Shown here piece by piece: positions 60,055 to 64,000 of a stretch of 64,000 nt of DNA (position 1 is its first letter; every line of letters begins with the position of its first letter). The stretch is taken from positions 248,001-312,000 of the IMG/VR virus record IMGVR_UViG_3300050120_000152. One strand, 5' to 3'. The position numbers and the translations under genes are program-made. The notes beneath the pieces were generated by a model. The model had not been told where the DNA came from. It searched no databases and saw only the letters and a program-made list of their open reading frames with translations.

Positions 60055-60342
60055 ATGGAATCGAAAGAATATTTAAAGCAAGTAGTTAATGCATTGGTTA
60101 ACGGCAATGAAACCGAAGCCAAAGAGATTCATCATGCCTATGTTGAGCAGAAATCTCAAGAATTACTTAAAGAAGATAAAATTTCTTTAAAAGGTGCTGT
60201 AGATTTTATCAAAAAAACAAAAGCTGCTATTGCAGCATGTGATCCAAAAGACATTGAAAAATTAAAAGAATTACGTCATACATTATCATCGGCTGAAGAA
60301 CAGTTTGAGAATGATGAAAATGAAAATGAGTTTGATAAATGA
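60055..60342 (+). CDS. Prohead core/scaffold-like small protein
   Basis: Between portal and protease; N-terminal helix similar to 60814..61365. Confidence 0.55.
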   Translation: MESKEYLKQVVNALVNGNETEAKEIHHAYVEQKSQELLKEDKISLKGAVDFIKKTKAAIAACDPKDIEKLKELRHTLSSAEEQFENDENENEFDK

Positions 60343-60608
60343 AAATTCAAGATGTGCTATCCGAGAAGTTTGATCCGAGTGATAGAGACTATCACAAACA
60401 GACGGTGGCAGTGAAAAATAGTTCAACTGCAAAATTACCAAATGCATTTGTAAATAAACATATTACCCCGGTAGCATATCGTAATGGTAATTCTGTGAAT
60501 GATGAAATTGGATTAGATTTTACCAGCCACGATTACACCAAGGATGAACCCATTGCCAAGGATGGCAAACCTAAAAAGAAAAAAGTAAAGGAAGATAGTG
60601 AGTCATGA
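60339..60608 (+). CDS. Small head-associated protein
   Basis: MKIQDVLSE N-terminus; ATGA coupling. Confidence 0.5.
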   Translation: MKIQDVLSEKFDPSDRDYHKQTVAVKNSSTAKLPNAFVNKHITPVAYRNGNSVNDEIGLDFTSHDYTKDEPIAKDGKPKKKKVKEDSES

Positions 60609-60799
60609 AAATTGGAAGTTTTAAAGAATATAGAAATTCAATAAAAGGTTCACCATATCATTACTTGGAAACCAATACAACAGAATTTGAACAAGCAGAA
60701 ATAAAGGATGGGTTAGCACCATCCGAAGACGAAAAAGATATCGAAAATAAGAAATCCTTATTACAATATTTATTATATGCTAATGCAGCCAACCAATAA
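60605..60799 (+). CDS. Small head-associated protein
   Basis: MKIGSFKEY N-terminus; ATGA coupling. Confidence 0.45.
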   Translation: MKIGSFKEYRNSIKGSPYHYLETNTTEFEQAEIKDGLAPSEDEKDIENKKSLLQYLLYANAANQ

Positions 60800-60813
60800 T
60801 TGAGGAATACAAT

Positions 60814-61365
60814 ATGAGTATGCAAGACGATCTAAAAACAGTATTTGATAGTGTAGTCAAGAAAGATGATGATGCAGCTTCTGCTGCATTCAGCGCCTAT
60901 ATTGATCAAAAATCTGTAGAAGTATTAAAAGGTTTAACTGAAGCAAAATTTAAATCACCCATTCAAATCAAGGGTAATGATGTATTCGTCAACGGTAAAA
61001 AGGTGGGTGGCGTCAAGCATAATGCTGAGGAAAATAAGGGATTGGAATATACCCCTACAGATGGTGAAAAACAGAAGTTTCCTAAGTTAGGCGATCTATA
61101 TACTCATTTGGGTAAAGAACATAAATTGAGTGAAAGCGCAACCGATTTGAAAGGTATTGTTAAAGATTATGAATCTGAAGTACAATCATTACCAAACCGT
61201 CCTAAGTTGTCTAAACTTAAAGCATTTAGTTCAGCTAAGGGCGCAGGTTTGGATGCCGATGGTGATCATGATGGCGAAGAAGATGGTGCAAGTGCTGATG
61301 CTAAGCGTGAAGCGCCTATCAAGAAATTAGTTGCAAAAGTAGACGCAGAGAAGAAGGTTAAGTAA
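60814..61365 (+). CDS. Prohead core protein-like
   Basis: GAGGA SD; LTE/LSE potential protease sites; directly upstream of protease. Confidence 0.55.
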   Translation: MSMQDDLKTVFDSVVKKDDDAASAAFSAYIDQKSVEVLKGLTEAKFKSPIQIKGNDVFVNGKKVGGVKHNAEENKGLEYTPTDGEKQKFPKLGDLYTHLGKEHKLSESATDLKGIVKDYESEVQSLPNRPKLSKLKAFSSAKGAGLDADGDHDGEEDGASADAKREAPIKKLVAKVDAEKKVK

Positions 61366-61994
61366 TGGAACTGTTGATTGAACACTATACCAGTTCTGAA
61401 GCTAACGTTATAACCGAATCAGCTAACGGCGGGAAGGATGTATATTTGAGTGGTAGATTTTTATCTGGAAATTTAAAGAACCGTAATGGTAGAATTTATC
61501 CAGTGAACGAAATCATGCAAGCTGTTATGTCTTTGAATGAAGGTATCCGCGAACATGGTTCTATTGCTGGTGAATTAGATCATCCAGCTAATCGTTTAAC
61601 CACAGAACTTAAATATGCTTCCCATGTTATTACTGAAATTCGTATGGATGGTGATAATGCTACTGGTAAGATGAAAATCATGAATACTCCTAATGGATTA
61701 GTTGTAAAAGAATTAATCCGTAACGGTTTTCGTCCTGATGTATCATCTCGCGGTGCTGGTAATGTTGGTTCTGATGGTGTAGTTGAAGGATTCCTGATTC
61801 AAACTATTGACATAGTTAACCAAGCATCTGGCATTGGATGTTCACCAGTATCTGTTTATGAATCATTGGAAGATAATAAATTTGGTCGTAGAGCAGTATC
61901 ATTGGCAGAAGCAGTATTAGAAGACCAAGCTGCACAAAAATATCTTATTGCCGAAGTGAAGCGATTCATGGATGCATTAAAATATAATAAGTAA
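61365..61994 (+). CDS. Prohead core protease (gp21-like)
   Basis: KNRNGRIYP, GELDHP, SHVIT, TPNG, VSSRG.G, DIV. Confidence 0.93.
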   Translation: MELLIEHYTSSEANVITESANGGKDVYLSGRFLSGNLKNRNGRIYPVNEIMQAVMSLNEGIREHGSIAGELDHPANRLTTELKYASHVITEIRMDGDNATGKMKIMNTPNGLVVKELIRNGFRPDVSSRGAGNVGSDGVVEGFLIQTIDIVNQASGIGCSPVSVYESLEDNKFGRRAVSLAEAVLEDQAAQKYLIAEVKRFMDALKYNK

Positions 61995-62015
61995 TACAAA
62001 AATGACAGACAAAAT

Positions 62016-62037
62016 AAAGCCCCTTTCGGGGCTTTTT
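62016..62037. terminator. Bidirectional terminator after gp21
   Basis: AAAGCCCC-TTTC-GGGGCTTTTT. Confidence 0.85.
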
Positions 62038-62038
62038 G

Positions 62039-62386
62039 TTATTCTATTTCCATAGATTCATCAGGCTCGCGTTCCATACCTTGAGAACCTTGTTGTCTGA
62101 AATTATCTCTAGCCTGACCCAAGTTTCTACGATCAACACTACCACCAAGCTTATTAGCATAATTTAATGCCATAGTACCACGTTCTGTAATATCTAAAGC
62201 GATATCATCAACTAATCCCAAAGCAGCTAAACCTTCAACTGCATCATGTGCTTGAGGGGAAGCATCATCAAAATTAAATTTATTTGATGCAATCTTTCTT
62301 AAAATACCAACTTGCAAGGGCGATAACTGTTTATATGCTAATACTGCACCACCACCATCTTCTGTTAAAACGTTTTGAATTTTCAT
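62039..62386 (-). CDS. Small winged-helix-like protein with capsid-targeting-like N-terminus
   Basis: MKIQNVLTE; LSPLQ..IL...L..LGLV.....ITERG. Confidence 0.5.
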   Translation of the reverse strand: MKIQNVLTEDGGGAVLAYKQLSPLQVGILRKIASNKFNFDDASPQAHDAVEGLAALGLVDDIALDITERGTMALNYANKLGGSVDRRNLGQARDNFRQQGSQGMEREPDESMEIE

Positions 62387-62420
62387 AATACTCTCCGATG
62401 TTATTATTTATTTGAGTTTG

Positions 62421-62485
62421 ATGATAAGATGAACATATTTTAATGTCAAGCACTTCTTGTAAAATGAAATTAATTATGTTAGACT
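62421..62485. promoter_or_regulatory. Divergent sigma70-type promoters
   Basis: Minus: TTGACA-N17-TATCAT (62449-62421); plus: TTGTAA-N17-TAGACT with TGn (62457-62485). Confidence 0.55.
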
Positions 62486-62554
62486 TGATAAGTTAATTAT
62501 GAAGTCGAAATATGTCTACAATATTAAAAATAAAAATAACAGCGAGGGAATTGG

Positions 62555-63121
62555 ATGACTTGTATAGTAGCTTTAAAAGATAAAAATAAAGTATATATGG
62601 CTGGTGATTCTCTTGGTACTGACCCAGTAACCTTACAGAAAACCGTGAGATTAGATGAAAAAGTTTTTATAAAAACTGATATGTTATTCGGATTTACTTC
62701 ATCATTTAGAATGGGACAAATTATACGTTATGTATTTGATATTCCCGAGCGAATGGAAGCTATTGGTGATATGGAATATCTTGTAGCACATTTTATACCA
62801 GCCTTGATAAAATGTTATGAAGACCAAGGATTCCTTAAAAAACCTGATGATAATGAATATCAAGGGGGGCATTTTTTGTTAGGATATCGTGGTAATTTTT
62901 ATGATGTTCTTGATGATTTTCAGATAGGCATTCCAACATTAAATTATGAAGCCATAGGATGTGGTGAAGATTATGCCAAAGGTTCAATGTATACCACAGA
63001 AACGTTGGAAGATAAACTAGATAAAAAACTAACCCCACAAAAACGCCTTACCATGGCATTAGATGCAGCATGCGAGCATTCTGCGGGCGTAGCAGCACCC
63101 TATATCATATTGAGTATATAA
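62555..63121 (+). CDS. HslV/proteasome-beta-like N-terminal-Thr protease
   Basis: MTCIVA...VYMAGDS, K, AIGCG..YA.G. Confidence 0.75.
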   Translation: MTCIVALKDKNKVYMAGDSLGTDPVTLQKTVRLDEKVFIKTDMLFGFTSSFRMGQIIRYVFDIPERMEAIGDMEYLVAHFIPALIKCYEDQGFLKKPDDNEYQGGHFLLGYRGNFYDVLDDFQIGIPTLNYEAIGCGEDYAKGSMYTTETLEDKLDKKLTPQKRLTMALDAACEHSAGVAAPYIILSI

Positions 63122-63657
63122 TGAATAAATTTACTGAAGTATTCTTGACAGAATCAAAAAAACCATCCCGAGTATTTAAAGCTCCTGTAAAAACGATTCT
63201 TCCGAAAGATGGAGTTTCTATATTTTTAGCTGGTTCTATTGAAATGGGCAAAGCCGAAGATTGGCAAACTAAAGTTACCAAATTACTTACAAGTCATTAC
63301 GAAAATATTTACATTTTCAATCCTCGTAGAGATGACTGGTCATCTGACTGGAAACAAGAAATAGAAAATAAACAATTTAACGAACAAGTTACATGGGAAC
63401 TATCCCATATTGAATCATCTACAATTATGTTAGTTCATTTTGATCCAAAAACCCAATCTCCCATTACTCTAGCTGAGTTGGGAATTGCTTGTGGTAAATT
63501 CCCCGATAAAGTGATAGTATCGTGCCCTGAAGGCTTTTTTCGTAAGGGTAATGTGGATATCATATGTCATCGTTACGGGGTTACACAGATTGAATCATTA
63601 GATGATGAATTAATTGAAGCTGTAGCAAAAAAATCAAACAAATTAAAGGAGAAATGA
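63121..63657 (+). CDS. Nucleoside 2-deoxyribosyltransferase-like protein
   Basis: IFLAGSI, WQ, NPRR, QV.WEL, SPITL.ELG, RKGNV; start set to ATG 63121. Confidence 0.8.
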   Translation: MNKFTEVFLTESKKPSRVFKAPVKTILPKDGVSIFLAGSIEMGKAEDWQTKVTKLLTSHYENIYIFNPRRDDWSSDWKQEIENKQFNEQVTWELSHIESSTIMLVHFDPKTQSPITLAELGIACGKFPDKVIVSCPEGFFRKGNVDIICHRYGVTQIESLDDELIEAVAKKSNKLKEK

Positions 63658-63658
63658 A

Positions 63659-63844
63659 ATTCCAATCCATATCTACCACTGCGATACAGAATCGTGTGAA
63701 GCACCAGAAGAAGAACGTTTAGTAAAATTTAGTAATGCTGAAGAACAGATATGTAAAGAGTGTGGTGCAATATTACGTATTATTCCTTCTTTTGGCACTT
63801 TTCATTTGAAAGGTCATTGGTGGAAAACGATGAAATCTTATTAA
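63659..63844 (+). CDS. FmdB-family zinc-ribbon protein with ATT start codon
   Basis: (M)PIHIYHCDTESC...ICKECG...FHLKGHWW; AAGGAG 7 nt upstream of ATT; in-frame stop upstream. Confidence 0.7.
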   Translation: MPIHIYHCDTESCEAPEEERLVKFSNAEEQICKECGAILRIIPSFGTFHLKGHWWKTMKSY

Positions 63845-63846
63845 TT

Positions 63847-64000
63847 ATGACGCGAGTATTTGCATTTGATGTTGATGAAACTTTAGACATATCGAATGGC
63901 CCAATTGGAGTAAAAGTAATTGAGCTTTTATATAATGCTGGTCATATTGTAGGTATTTGTGGAAATTTCCCACAATTTATACGTGAAGTACCTAATTGGA
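63847..64000 (+). CDS. HAD-superfamily hydrolase, truncated by window end
   Basis: MTRVFAFDVDETL (DxDxT motif I). Confidence 0.65.
   Translation, partial: MTRVFAFDVDETLDISNGPIGVKVIELLYNAGHIVGICGNFPQFIREVPNW

Noticed and set aside
63654-63722. 22-codon ORF from ATG 63654
   Set aside because: Too close to the SD and encodes nothing recognisable; the overlapping ATT frame encodes a complete zinc ribbon
1-64000. Stop-codon reassignment or tRNA genes
   Set aside because: Genes are long and densely packed under the standard code, with TAA, TAG and TGA all used as stops; no tRNA-like sequence seen in the short intergenic gaps

Overview
This 64 kb window is from an AT-rich (about one-third GC by eye) T4-related jumbo myophage. 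It carries: (i) a glyco-modification cluster at 40-7059 with a GT60 Skp1/polypeptide-GlcNAc-transferase-like gene, three WlaTC/HtrL-type domains, a GT2-like domain and a NodU/CmcH carbamoyltransferase; (ii) replication genes (RNase H, sliding clamp, family B polymerase, DsbA-like); (iii) tail and baseplate genes (gp4, tube and paralogues, gp15, a 3499 aa wedge, gp6, gp25, gp5, gp27-like hub with inserted lysozyme, gp53, gp26/gp51-like); (iv) recombination genes (RuvC-like, DinG-like helicase, GIY-YIG endonuclease, gp47/gp46), the gp55 late sigma factor, a tape-measure candidate, portal, core proteins and prohead protease; (v) a small accessory block. Structural genes follow a T4-late-like nATAAATA box; replication genes follow sigma70-type promoters. 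The best candidate for a new system is phage-encoded mucin-type O-glycosylation of the virion: glycosyltransferases and a sugar carbamoyltransferase co-occur with Thr/Pro (PTVT/PTIT) tracts grafted onto at least four probable virion proteins. Other signals: a probable -1 frameshift fusing gp26- and gp51-like ORFs, an AUU-initiated gene, T4-like capsid-targeting peptides, and avoidance of CCWGG and GGWCC. All family calls are by motif recognition; no database search was run.
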